A stretch of 33,219 nucleotides of DNA from Candidatus Roizmanbacteria bacterium (lineage in GTDB: Bacteria; Patescibacteriota; Microgenomatia; GCA-001788215; 2-01-FULL-40-14): positions 1 to 33,219 of the forward strand of contig JACQMD010000096.1 in the NCBI GenBank assembly GCA_016203755.1, given 5' to 3'. Positions within the stretch are counted from its first letter, which is position 1, and the number at the start of each line of letters is the position of its first letter. Position numbers and translations under genes: made by a program. Under the pieces are notes generated by a model. It saw only the letters and a program-made list of their open reading frames with translations, did no database searches and was not told where the DNA came from. Positions 18,616 to 26,682 of this stretch are shown here, piece by piece.

Positions 18616-20508
18616 ATGACCCGCGATGAAGGATTACAACCTCCGGATGCCCAGCACTTTACCGTTGCCACACCTACACCGGATAAAACAGTTCTTGCTT
18701 TTGCTGGCGCACTCCGTCATCAAGAAGGAGTTCCTGAACAATTACTCAATATTCTCCCTGTATCCGCTCCAGAGACTACCGTCGTCACTGCAGAATCCAA
18801 TTCAGAATCCAGACAGAGATCGCCAATACTGCAACACATTACTACCACTCTTCATACAACCAGTGAATTTGTAGAAACTATGGATGAATCGCCGGAATCT
18901 GTTGAACAGCTCAATTTTCTTTTAAGCTCCTTATACTTTGCAGGGCAATCATGGCTGATGAGTACTAAAGTAAACTTGCCTCCATCCGGTCAAGTACCAA
19001 AAATAGAACCCGTACAATCTGATGTTGCGCGAGTGACAACAACTCAGCCACCAGCCCCAACCGATATATCTCCTGAGGAAGGAGAAGGATCGAAAAGAAC
19101 CTATACATTTGATGAATTCCATCGTGAGGTGATACCACACTTCTCACGGGCTACTGCCAGAAAGCGATTTAACGAAGCATACACTACACTTGGATATTCT
19201 CAGCCTGGAACAGGCAACCGTATTGAAATGACAGCTGAAGAATTTGAAGAGCTCAAGGGTAGAGTAGATACCACACGCAGAACAGGCGGGAGACGGGCTA
19301 AACAAGTTGTCGATGAACCAAACGAGCCACTTGGTGACGGTGACCCGGACGGGGATGATCCAGATCCTGACCCTGACTCGGCAGATAGAGTTAACGCAAA
19401 TAAAAAAGAAATTAAAGCAGCTACACAAATGGTAGTTACTATTCACAGTACGTTAGATGAACTTACCCCCGTACTACAAGGAATACCAGAAGGAATGAGG
19501 TTTGTTATACCTAGTGCCGCCAATAGAATTATGAGTGATCTCGCACTCGATGGCTCCAATAGCAAAATTGAAATTGAAGAACTTCATCAGCTTGGAATTG
19601 CCTATGGTCATACAGCAATCAATTATGTAAGTCTTCTCCCACGGGATCTAGCCAGCATTATTGTATATAGAAAAGCGCAATTGAATGGAGAAACACGATC
19701 AGAAGAAATTGCTCGGACAATAGCCAATGCCGATAGTTATTTAACTGCTGAGGAATTAGGATTACTGAATTCTACTCGACTCGGAAATCCGCTGGAAGAC
19801 GTTGAGCAACCTGATTCCTTAGTAATACAGTTTCTAAAAGAAAAGTTAGGAACCGATTCAATTTTTCATGTGATGGAGTTTTGCAATTTTCTTGCACAAG
19901 AAGCTCGTTATAAAACTATGGAGTGGATCGAAGGAAATGAAAATGGAGAGGAGTTGTCAACAAATTTTACTGATCTTCTTGATTCATACATAGTACGTTT
20001 TCAGGAAGAATTAGGACGGAATCCAAATATTTCTGCTCATACGCATGATGCGGTAAACCAAAGAACAGAGCAAGAACAAGACTCATATCAAACAGCATGT
20101 AATACGATAAAAGAGAGAACGCTCGTAGTTGCCGCTCAATTTTCTAGCGAATTTCTCACAATATATAAGAGCACACAAAAAGCAATACAGGAAAGCCGTG
20201 AACTAAGAGCAAGGTTTCCTCTTGCTGCTAACTTGTTTGAGAGCCACCCGCTCATTGGACGACTGCGTAGCTTAGCAAAAAGAATAAAACTGGTCAGTGA
20301 TAATCCTGAACTAGAAAATATACGATTAGCAGCTAACTTGTTGATTTCAATGAATGAAGATCTTTATAGACTATTAGTCACTGGTCTTGAAAAAACTGAG
20401 ACCGATACTGCCAGAATCTTAAAAGATGCTAATTCAATAGCCCGTATTAATCAAACCTTAGACCTCTATCGCCAACTTCAGGAATCAACTCCAAAAGCAG
20501 CTGCGTAG
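18616..20508 (+). CDS. hypothetical protein (630 aa) with an Asp/Pro-rich linker
   Basis: Long ORF with no recognised domain. Low-complexity GDGDPDGDDPDPDPDSAD lies near nt 19330-19385. The C-terminal half looks helical. Confidence 0.65.
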   Translation: MTRDEGLQPPDAQHFTVATPTPDKTVLAFAGALRHQEGVPEQLLNILPVSAPETTVVTAESNSESRQRSPILQHITTTLHTTSEFVETMDESPESVEQLNFLLSSLYFAGQSWLMSTKVNLPPSGQVPKIEPVQSDVARVTTTQPPAPTDISPEEGEGSKRTYTFDEFHREVIPHFSRATARKRFNEAYTTLGYSQPGTGNRIEMTAEEFEELKGRVDTTRRTGGRRAKQVVDEPNEPLGDGDPDGDDPDPDPDSADRVNANKKEIKAATQMVVTIHSTLDELTPVLQGIPEGMRFVIPSAANRIMSDLALDGSNSKIEIEELHQLGIAYGHTAINYVSLLPRDLASIIVYRKAQLNGETRSEEIARTIANADSYLTAEELGLLNSTRLGNPLEDVEQPDSLVIQFLKEKLGTDSIFHVMEFCNFLAQEARYKTMEWIEGNENGEELSTNFTDLLDSYIVRFQEELGRNPNISAHTHDAVNQRTEQEQDSYQTACNTIKERTLVVAAQFSSEFLTIYKSTQKAIQESRELRARFPLAANLFESHPLIGRLRSLAKRIKLVSDNPELENIRLAANLLISMNEDLYRLLVTGLEKTETDTARILKDANSIARINQTLDLYRQLQESTPKAAA

Positions 20509-20553
20509 TATCAATCGATCCTCATGTCTTCCTGACGCCGTATCGACGTAATC

Positions 20554-20582
20554 TTGACATATGTTAACAAATAATTTACACT
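20554..20582 (+). promoter_or_regulatory. TTGACA-17-TACACT promoter for the Phd/PIN operon; ATG 9 nt after the -10 (leaderless-type)
   Basis: ttgaca at 20554-20559, 17-nt spacer, tacact at 20577-20582, then acgtttaat and the ATG at 20592. Confidence 0.5.
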
Positions 20583-20591
20583 ACGTTTAAT

Positions 20592-20906
20592 ATGTCTTTA
20601 ATAAACACTAATACCATTTCTGCACGAGAAATACAGAGGAACTATCGCCAGATATTCAACCGGGTGAGAAAAACAAATAAGCCTGTTGTTGTCATCAGTA
20701 ATAACAAACCACAGGCAGCTATCGTCAGCATGGATATGCTGGGAAAATTTAACCAGCTACAGCAGGAAGCTGATGCGTTTAGGCTCATTGACGCAATCCG
20801 CAACAGAAATGAAAAGAAAAATGAGGAATCGGCATACAAACAAATAACAGAGGAAGTTGAGCAAGTTCGTAAAAAGCGGTATGAAAAAGCCGAAGGCAGT
20901 CGTTGA
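20592..20906 (+). CDS. type II antitoxin, Phd/YefM-like
   Basis: 104 aa. ISAREIQRNYRQIFNRVRKTNKPVVVISNNKPQAAIVSMDMLGKF is typical of a Phd/YefM N-domain. It lies immediately upstream of, and overlaps, a PIN gene. Confidence 0.7.
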   Translation: MSLINTNTISAREIQRNYRQIFNRVRKTNKPVVVISNNKPQAAIVSMDMLGKFNQLQQEADAFRLIDAIRNRNEKKNEESAYKQITEEVEQVRKKRYEKAEGSR

Positions 20907-21321
20907 CACCAACCTTCTCGTCAACGGTATCATTGTTCCGAAAGGAAATCCTTACTTTCTTCTTGAAGCATGGCGCAAAGGATTGTTTACGTTAGTAACT
21001 TCCCAGCAACAACTTGATAAACTTGAAGAGGTGTTAACACGTCCTAAGATTTATAAGACTTACCACCTTTTGCCAAAAGACATCAGTATAATCATACAAC
21101 TGATTAATCAGAAAGCTGTTATTGTACTCCCATCAAAAACATCCCCGGTACTTGTTAGGGATTCAAAAGATACGTTTGTTATTCAAACAGCACTTGCTGG
21201 AAAAGCAGATTATATTGTATCAGGAGATAAGGATTTACTTGTACTAAATAATGACGCGAAATTGACACCATTGTTCATTCTTACCGCATCAGAGTTCCGT
21301 AGTAGTATAATAACAATATGA
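20881..21321 (+). CDS. PIN-domain toxin (PIN_3 / TIGR00305-like)
   Basis: KAVVDTNLLVNGIIVPKGNPYFLLEAWRKGLFTLVTSQQQLDKLEEVLTRPK ... DSKDTFVIQTALAGKADYIVSGDKDLLVL. I prefer the ATG at 20881 (MKKPKAVVDTN) over the ORF-track start at 20857. Confidence 0.8.
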   Translation: MKKPKAVVDTNLLVNGIIVPKGNPYFLLEAWRKGLFTLVTSQQQLDKLEEVLTRPKIYKTYHLLPKDISIIIQLINQKAVIVLPSKTSPVLVRDSKDTFVIQTALAGKADYIVSGDKDLLVLNNDAKLTPLFILTASEFRSSIITI

Positions 21322-21749
21322 ACATCAACTGGCTTCTGGTATTTGCCGGGCTTGGAGCAATTTTATTGGAACTTTTTATCGGTGTGCAAACAGGATTTGA
21401 TCTGGTTCTCATCGGCATTGCACTCATGGTCGGCGGGGGAGTCGGGGAGTGGAGCGGCAACGGAATGCTGGGAGTAAGCATCACGGCAATACTGTCATTT
21501 CTTTATATTTTTGTCGGCAGGCAATATATCAAACAAAAACTTGCCGTTCCAACAAAACACACCAACGTTGAATTGATAATCGGCAAGACCGGACGGGTAG
21601 AAAAGACTATTACCCCTCACCGGGCAGGGCAAATGAAGATCGGCAACGAAGTCTGGCGCGCTACCGCAGATACCAAAATTGAAGCGGGGAGCATGGTAAA
21701 AATTGAGGAAGTAAGCGGAGTTTCCGTACGTGTGGTAAAATACAAATAA
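21318..21749 (+). CDS. nfeD: NfeD-family membrane protein (C-terminal OB fold)
   Basis: 143 aa. Hydrophobic N-terminal half, then GKTGRVEKTITPHRAGQMKIGNEVWRATADTKIEAGSMVKIEEVSGVSVRVV. The ATG overlaps the PIN stop (ATGA). Confidence 0.85.
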   Translation: MNINWLLVFAGLGAILLELFIGVQTGFDLVLIGIALMVGGGVGEWSGNGMLGVSITAILSFLYIFVGRQYIKQKLAVPTKHTNVELIIGKTGRVEKTITPHRAGQMKIGNEVWRATADTKIEAGSMVKIEEVSGVSVRVVKYK

Positions 21750-21843
21750 ATAACTGAATAACACAATAACGTAATAACTAAATGAAAAACACCTATATGG
21801 ATTTTATAATTTTGTTATTCTGTTATTAAATCATTTAGTTATT
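21746..21843. repeat. second copy of the ataactga-word palindromic element (same family as 4087-4195), between nfeD and the SPFH gene
   Basis: It shares two identical 15-mers with the gyrB-proximal copy: aaataactgaataac (21748-21762 = 4099-4113) and aataacgtaataact (21765-21779 = 4108-4122). The right arms share atttagttatt (21833-21843 = 4165-4175). Confidence 0.7.
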
Positions 21844-21851
21844 CCGCGATC

Positions 21852-22733
21852 ATGGCAGAACTTTTTAACATATTCTTAGCAGTGATTGCAATTGTTGCCC
21901 TGACACGTTCGCTTCGCATTGTCAATCAATACGAAAAAGGCATCATTCTCCGCCTAGGTAAATTTCGCGCCATTGCCGATCCAGGAGTGACGTTTGTTTT
22001 CCCGTTCATTGAAAACATGATCAAAGTCGACATGCGCGAGCGTGTCATCAACGTCATGCCACAGGAAGTGATTACCCAGGATAACGTATCAGTAGTAGTT
22101 GATGCCGTGATTTATTATAAAGTTACCGATCCGGTAAAAGCAGAGTTTGAAATTGAAGATTTTGATTTGGCGGCAACGACATTGGCTCAAGCCAATCTTC
22201 GCAATATCATCGGCGATAAAACGCTCGACCAGACGCTCACTGCGCGCGACGTGATTAATGTAAACCTGCGCGATGTCCTGGACGAAGCCACAGATAACTG
22301 GGGCGTAAAAGTGACCCGTGTTGAAGTGCAAAAAATTGACCCGCCGCAGGATATTGTAGACTCAATGAGCAAACAGATGAAAGCAGAACGCGAAAAACGC
22401 GCGGCAATTCTCACTGCTGAAGGATTTAAACAGAGCAATATTTTGGAGGCAGAAGGGAAAAAACAAAAAGATATTCTGGAAGCAGAAGGAGCAGCCAAGG
22501 CACGAGTGCTGCGAGCTGATGCTGAAGCACAGGCCGTTCAAAAAGTAGCAGAGGCTGCCGAGAAATATTTTAAAGAACGCGCACAACTTCTCAAGAAGCT
22601 TGACGTCTCACAGGAAGTACTTTCAAAAGGCACCAAATGGGTACTTCCCGATAAAGCTGATTTAGTAAACGTGTTAAATCTTTCAGATGATACAGTCATC
22701 CCGATCCAAAAACGGAAATCTCCTGCTGCCTAG
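21852..22733 (+). CDS. SPFH/band-7 (stomatin-like, YbbK/QmcA-type) protein
   Basis: 293 aa. N-terminal TM, then [18 protein letters not shown]...[36 protein letters not shown]...[20 protein letters not shown]...[16 protein letters not shown], followed by an EAEG-repeat coiled coil. Confidence 0.92.
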   Translation: MAELFNIFLAVIAIVALTRSLRIVNQYEKGIILRLGKFRAIADPGVTFVFPFIENMIKVDMRERVINVMPQEVITQDNVSVVVDAVIYYKVTDPVKAEFEIEDFDLAATTLAQANLRNIIGDKTLDQTLTARDVINVNLRDVLDEATDNWGVKVTRVEVQKIDPPQDIVDSMSKQMKAEREKRAAILTAEGFKQSNILEAEGKKQKDILEAEGAAKARVLRADAEAQAVQKVAEAAEKYFKERAQLLKKLDVSQEVLSKGTKWVLPDKADLVNVLNLSDDTVIPIQKRKSPAA

Positions 22734-22752
22734 TACAAATCATACGGATCAA

Positions 22753-22782
22753 TTGTTCCTGTCTTCAAGAAAACACTACAAT
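22753..22782 (+). promoter_or_regulatory. possible promoter TTGTTC-18-TACAAT
   Basis: ttgttc at 22753-22758, 18-nt spacer, tacaat at 22777-22782. ATG at 22797. Confidence 0.3.
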
Positions 22783-22796
22783 GTAAGTATTTTACT

Positions 22797-23792
22797 ATGA
22801 ACATTACAGAATCAAAACCATACTTGAGTCAAGAGGAAGCCACCGCACTCATACAACAATCACTCATCTCTTACACCCCTGACGAGCGGTTTCAACTATT
22901 TCAACAGGGTTGTAAAAAAGCACTCACTGCTTTTGATTCTTTTTTAAAACAAGCCGAAAGAAATGGTATATCGCCGGAGGGAATCCCATCTGCTGCTTTT
23001 TTAGATCGTCAGATTGAGCGGAAGTATCCATGGGATGCAAAGATGCAAGGAGAACCAAGGAAACTTGCTAAGATTTTCACGGCAAGAGCTTCATATAAAA
23101 AGGGGATACGTGAACAAACACCGAAAAGAATGGCGGTTTTGAGACGGTTGCAAACTACCGCAGAAGCACTTTCACAGACGCCACAAACGGTGTTTATACT
23201 AGCGGAAGGTTATGCAACCGGAATATTCAGTTCTGAAGAAATTGACGAAGAACTAAGAAAACTTGAGTTTACTGATACAACAATTCTTGGTATACTCGGT
23301 CTTCTTCAGCAAAACGAACCACAAGAAAAACTCGCAGCTTCCCATTCTGCTACCATTTTTGCCGCACCTCCTCCCAAGTCGGAGATCTTACAATATATGC
23401 AACCTAATCATACGGGAAATAGTACAAAAGCGACAACACTTCCTCAACAAGAAAAAAAACGTCGTACCGTAAATGTCTATCTACTCGGAGAGACCGGATA
23501 TGAGAGCATTGCGCTGTTACACGAGGAAGCAGAATTGCTCACCTTGTTACTCAAACAAAAAAATCAACTGACTTCTCAAGAAATCAGGAGACTTCTTGCT
23601 TCTGGAAACTCGCCGAGTATACTCACTCAACAAATCCAGAGGAAATTTAGAAGGGCCAACCGGTCTTCACCGATTGTCTCAAAAGGGAAAGGAACAAATA
23701 AAAAATACTCTATTCAAATTCAAGATGGTGAACAACTGGCATTTGATCGTCCGGGGAGTTCTGATAAAACAAATTCAACCGATTTATTCTAA
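22797..23792 (+). CDS. hypothetical protein (331 aa) with a C-terminal OmpR/PhoB-type winged-helix-like domain and no receiver domain
   Basis: nt 23508-23720 encode IALLHEEAELLTLLLKQKNQLTSQEIRRLLASGNSPSILTQQIQRKFRRANRSSPIVSKGKGTNKKYSIQI. This follows the Trans_reg_C pattern (L..E..LL..L....lsreel...........l...I.rlRrK....I......gY.i). Confidence 0.6.
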   Translation: MNITESKPYLSQEEATALIQQSLISYTPDERFQLFQQGCKKALTAFDSFLKQAERNGISPEGIPSAAFLDRQIERKYPWDAKMQGEPRKLAKIFTARASYKKGIREQTPKRMAVLRRLQTTAEALSQTPQTVFILAEGYATGIFSSEEIDEELRKLEFTDTTILGILGLLQQNEPQEKLAASHSATIFAAPPPKSEILQYMQPNHTGNSTKATTLPQQEKKRRTVNVYLLGETGYESIALLHEEAELLTLLLKQKNQLTSQEIRRLLASGNSPSILTQQIQRKFRRANRSSPIVSKGKGTNKKYSIQIQDGEQLAFDRPGSSDKTNSTDLF

Positions 23793-24286
23793 AGTCGAGT
23801 ATATTCTGCAAGAATATACGAGTTGAACCAATCAAAGAATGATTTACGAGGATCATCTATTTGTACCTTAGGATTATTGAACTCTATTCTCACAATTGCA
23901 AATTCGTCTTTTGCGGTCATTCTTTTAGTATCGAAAGCATGCATTGCAATTCCACCATCATGAAAAGGAATTAAATCAGAAGGCAACTGTGCAAACCGGG
24001 TTTCTCGAGCAGTATCAATACTCTCTTGTAAAGGTATCTCTCCCTGAGCATTATCGTCATCTTTTGTTCCAAATAGCTCCTCGCTTCCTTCGAAAAGTAA
24101 TGCACCATTACTAATGAGCGTGAGAAACTCTCGAAACGATTGAGGCAATACAACTCCTTTTTGTTTCTCGTATGCTGCTAATTCCTCTTTGGAGACCGTC
24201 GGAAATAAACTATTTCGCACATCTGTTTCCAATGCAACCTTTAATTGTTGATAATCCGATAGAGTCAAACCGCTTTCATACTTCAT
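23789..24286 (-). CDS. SMI1/KNR4 (SUKH-1) family protein, putative immunity protein
   Basis: 165 aa. VSKEELAAYEKQKGVVLPQSFREFLTLISNGALLFEGSEELFG is the characteristic SMI1_KNR4 N-terminal signature. 4-nt ATGA overlap with the upstream gene. Confidence 0.8.
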   Translation of the reverse strand: MKYESGLTLSDYQQLKVALETDVRNSLFPTVSKEELAAYEKQKGVVLPQSFREFLTLISNGALLFEGSEELFGTKDDDNAQGEIPLQESIDTARETRFAQLPSDLIPFHDGGIAMHAFDTKRMTAKDEFAIVRIEFNNPKVQIDDPRKSFFDWFNSYILAEYTRL

Positions 24287-24924
24287 AGTTCATCCTTTTT
24301 TGGTCGATAACTACATTCAAGAAATGTTTTGAATGTAAGATCAGTCGTAAAAAGTCCCGTTGTTAATTGATCATCGCTTATATCCAGTCGTATTCCTTGA
24401 CCATTACTTCCAAAAATGTCAACGGTGCGCCGATTAATAATAATAGTTGAACATTCATCGTCGAGAGTTGTCCGAATCAATCGTTCAACATTCCCAAGTG
24501 TTATCACCTCTGTTTCAAAACGCGATGGAAATGATTTCCTCGTCGCATGACCGCGTTTTTTTTCTAAACAACGTATCCCGCGAGGTTTATGAACACCCTC
24601 GCTTTTCACCGTTGCATGAGCGATAATTGAATCCGACTTTCCTCTGATCCACTGAACAGTTCTTTGCCTTTCGTTCTCATCAAGTATATCCCAGCGTTCC
24701 TGTACATCTTGTCCCACTCTCGATCTATACATACAGACAATGCGTGATGCAGTTGACTTATTAGCATCGAGCAGCTGGGCCAGTGGATCCTGATCATGCT
24801 TATTATACCGCACGTAATTGGCCCGATACATATCCGCAATATCCTGCCTCACCTGAACATATGACGGTACTATCACTTCATTTGAAGGTTGAGTAAGAAT
24901 GGTAGTATCCAACGCTGATTCCAT
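24283..24924 (-). CDS. hypothetical protein (213 aa), translationally coupled to the SUKH gene
   Basis: ORF with no recognised motif. It starts 2 nt after the xerC stop and overlaps the SUKH start by 4 nt. Confidence 0.55.
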   Translation of the reverse strand: MESALDTTILTQPSNEVIVPSYVQVRQDIADMYRANYVRYNKHDQDPLAQLLDANKSTASRIVCMYRSRVGQDVQERWDILDENERQRTVQWIRGKSDSIIAHATVKSEGVHKPRGIRCLEKKRGHATRKSFPSRFETEVITLGNVERLIRTTLDDECSTIIINRRTVDIFGSNGQGIRLDISDDQLTTGLFTTDLTFKTFLECSYRPKKDEL

Positions 24925-24926
24925 AG

Positions 24927-25829
24927 TTAACTTTTCTTCCGGTGATACTCCTGATGAATCTTTTTCAATTGTGGATTCGTAATGTGGGTATAGATTTGTG
25001 TTGTTGCCACGGATTTATGCCCCAGCATTTCCTGAATAGCTCGGAGGTCTGCTCCAGCAGATAATAAATCAGTTGCGAAACTATGCCGGATGCCGTGCGG
25101 CGTGATTTTCACTGGTAGTTTCGCTTTTTCAACGTATTTCTCAACGAGGCGTTGTACTGTTCTAACAGTCAACCTTAACGGCGCATCGCGCCTTCCACTT
25201 GTACGGATAAACAATGCCGGATCCTCATCGGTCCGTTCCGCGAGATACTTCTGTACCCAATAGGCTGCACTGTCTGAAAGAAAAACAACACGGCTTCGAC
25301 CGCCTTTTCCAATGACGCCAAATTCTTTCCGGTCAAAATTGATGTCGCCGCGATTGAGCCTCACCAGTTCTGAAACACGAAGACCTGTTGAAAATAATAC
25401 TTCAAGAATGGCCTTATCGCGGGCATTTTCTGGCATCGCAAGAAACCGTTCAAGTTGTCCGCGATCAAGAAACTTAAGGCTCCTGCTTTCACCTTTGGGA
25501 ATATCGAGCATTTCTGCCGGAATGGTTTTAATTTCCCGTTTTGCGAGGTATTTCAAAAACGAGCGAAGAGCTATAATGTGGTAACCTTGCGTGACGCGTT
25601 TTAAGGTCAATCCTTTCTCATCGGCATAGCGGGATAAGAATAACCGGTATTGCCGGACTACCTCCTGATCCAGTTCTGAAATTGTCTCGAGTGTCGGATA
25701 GCGTTTATGAAGGAAATCAAGAAACCTGTTGAGATAATGGTGATAATTGCGAATAGTAAGCGGTGACACATTTCGCTCAATTTCAAGATGTTCCAGAAAT
25801 TGCTTCATAAGGTCGGGTAGGGGAGGCAT
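24927..25829 (-). CDS. xerC: tyrosine site-specific recombinase, XerC/XerD-like
   Basis: 300 aa. N-terminal SAM-like FLEHLEIERNVSPLTIRNYHHYLNRFLDFL. Catalytic signature: GLRVSEL (Arg), HGIRHSFAT (His-x-x-Arg), LGHKSVATTQIYTHI (His, Tyr). Confidence 0.9.
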   Translation of the reverse strand: MPPLPDLMKQFLEHLEIERNVSPLTIRNYHHYLNRFLDFLHKRYPTLETISELDQEVVRQYRLFLSRYADEKGLTLKRVTQGYHIIALRSFLKYLAKREIKTIPAEMLDIPKGESRSLKFLDRGQLERFLAMPENARDKAILEVLFSTGLRVSELVRLNRGDINFDRKEFGVIGKGGRSRVVFLSDSAAYWVQKYLAERTDEDPALFIRTSGRRDAPLRLTVRTVQRLVEKYVEKAKLPVKITPHGIRHSFATDLLSAGADLRAIQEMLGHKSVATTQIYTHITNPQLKKIHQEYHRKKS

Positions 25830-25849
25830 AGTTTTGTATAACGTATAAT

Positions 25850-25929
25850 GTATAAAGTATCATGTATTATGAACATTTTAGCTAAAATGTTAAAAAATAT
25901 CTAATCCTTTATACTTACTACATGATACT
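25850..25929. promoter_or_regulatory. cluster of perfect inverted repeats in the divergent xerC / small-ORF intergenic region
   Basis: aacatttta-gc-taaaatgtt (25872-25891, 9-bp arms). agtatcatgta (25856-25866) pairs with tacatgatact (25919-25929), 11 bp. gtataaag (25850-25857) pairs with ctttatac (25907-25914). TATAAT-like words lie at 25843-25856. Confidence 0.5.
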
Positions 25930-25977
25930 AACTTGTGCGACATTGTCAAGTGGCCGATTCAATGCTATGCTCACAAT

Positions 25978-26235
25978 ATGAATTCGTCACTTCGTAAACT
26001 CGTCGAAGAAAAACTTCGCGATATTGTCTTTCCCCAATCAACCGAGGTAGACGTATATGCACTGACTGTTTTAGGGATTACCGGTTTATCTGCCGCACTT
26101 TTTGACTTTATATCCCAAAACAGTATTGAACTAACAAGTAATACACTGTTACCACTGCTTGTTTTTATTCTTCCATTGTTATTGGATACTCGATCACTCA
26201 TTATGCTCGGAGGTTTTTCTTCACGATATACATAA
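25978..26235 (+). CDS. small hypothetical membrane protein (~85 aa)
   Basis: The ORF-track ORF 25933-26235 starts at a TTG; the ATG at 25978 gives MNSSLRKLVEEK... with two hydrophobic segments. No homology recognised. Confidence 0.35.
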   Translation: MNSSLRKLVEEKLRDIVFPQSTEVDVYALTVLGITGLSAALFDFISQNSIELTSNTLLPLLVFILPLLLDTRSLIMLGGFSSRYT

Positions 26236-26264
26236 CCATTAATCATGCATTTTCTCAAAAACCC

Positions 26265-26558
26265 TTGACTGACAAAGAGCGTGAATATATGTCATTTGCT
26301 TTTTACATCGGCCTTTGTATTCTAACTTCCATTACCATTCTCGATACACGATTCTGGAATAGCCAGTTTGCCTTGTTTATTGGTCTTTATCTCTATGCAC
26401 GGTTTTTGAGTGCACTTTTTGTTTTGTTAACTGCATACCATCGAGTTATGCCCAAGATTTACATGTCACAACTTACTGATTACCAGATGACACTTGCGGA
26501 AGCTTTATTTATTACTATTACGACACCACTTCTATACGTTTTGCTTTCGGACTCATAG
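26265..26558 (+). CDS. small hypothetical membrane protein; possibly frame-disrupted (see 26494-26682)
   Basis: Hydrophobic 97-aa ORF with a TTG start and an alternative ATG at 26289. The overlapping +1-frame ORF 26494-26682 encodes another TM-like segment plus a basic tail. Confidence 0.3.
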   Translation: MTDKEREYMSFAFYIGLCILTSITILDTRFWNSQFALFIGLYLYARFLSALFVLLTAYHRVMPKIYMSQLTDYQMTLAEALFITITTPLLYVLLSDS

Positions 26559-26682
26559 ATCTGTTGGCGCTGCTCTTATTACGACGTACTGCCTGGTTCT
26601 CCTTGGCCATTCAATGCTCACTTATATGCAACGTCTTATTTTATTGCGGAAGAAAGCTTCCGACCCCCAAAAACGCCCCTAA

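Noticed and set aside
24927-25829. The XerC-like recombinase as the integrase of the 9013-20508 ORFan block.
   Set aside because: It is more than 4 kb away, beyond the nfeD/SPFH genes. It has the typical XerC/D N-terminal and catalytic signatures and has its own downstream partners. I found no flanking repeats linking it to the block.
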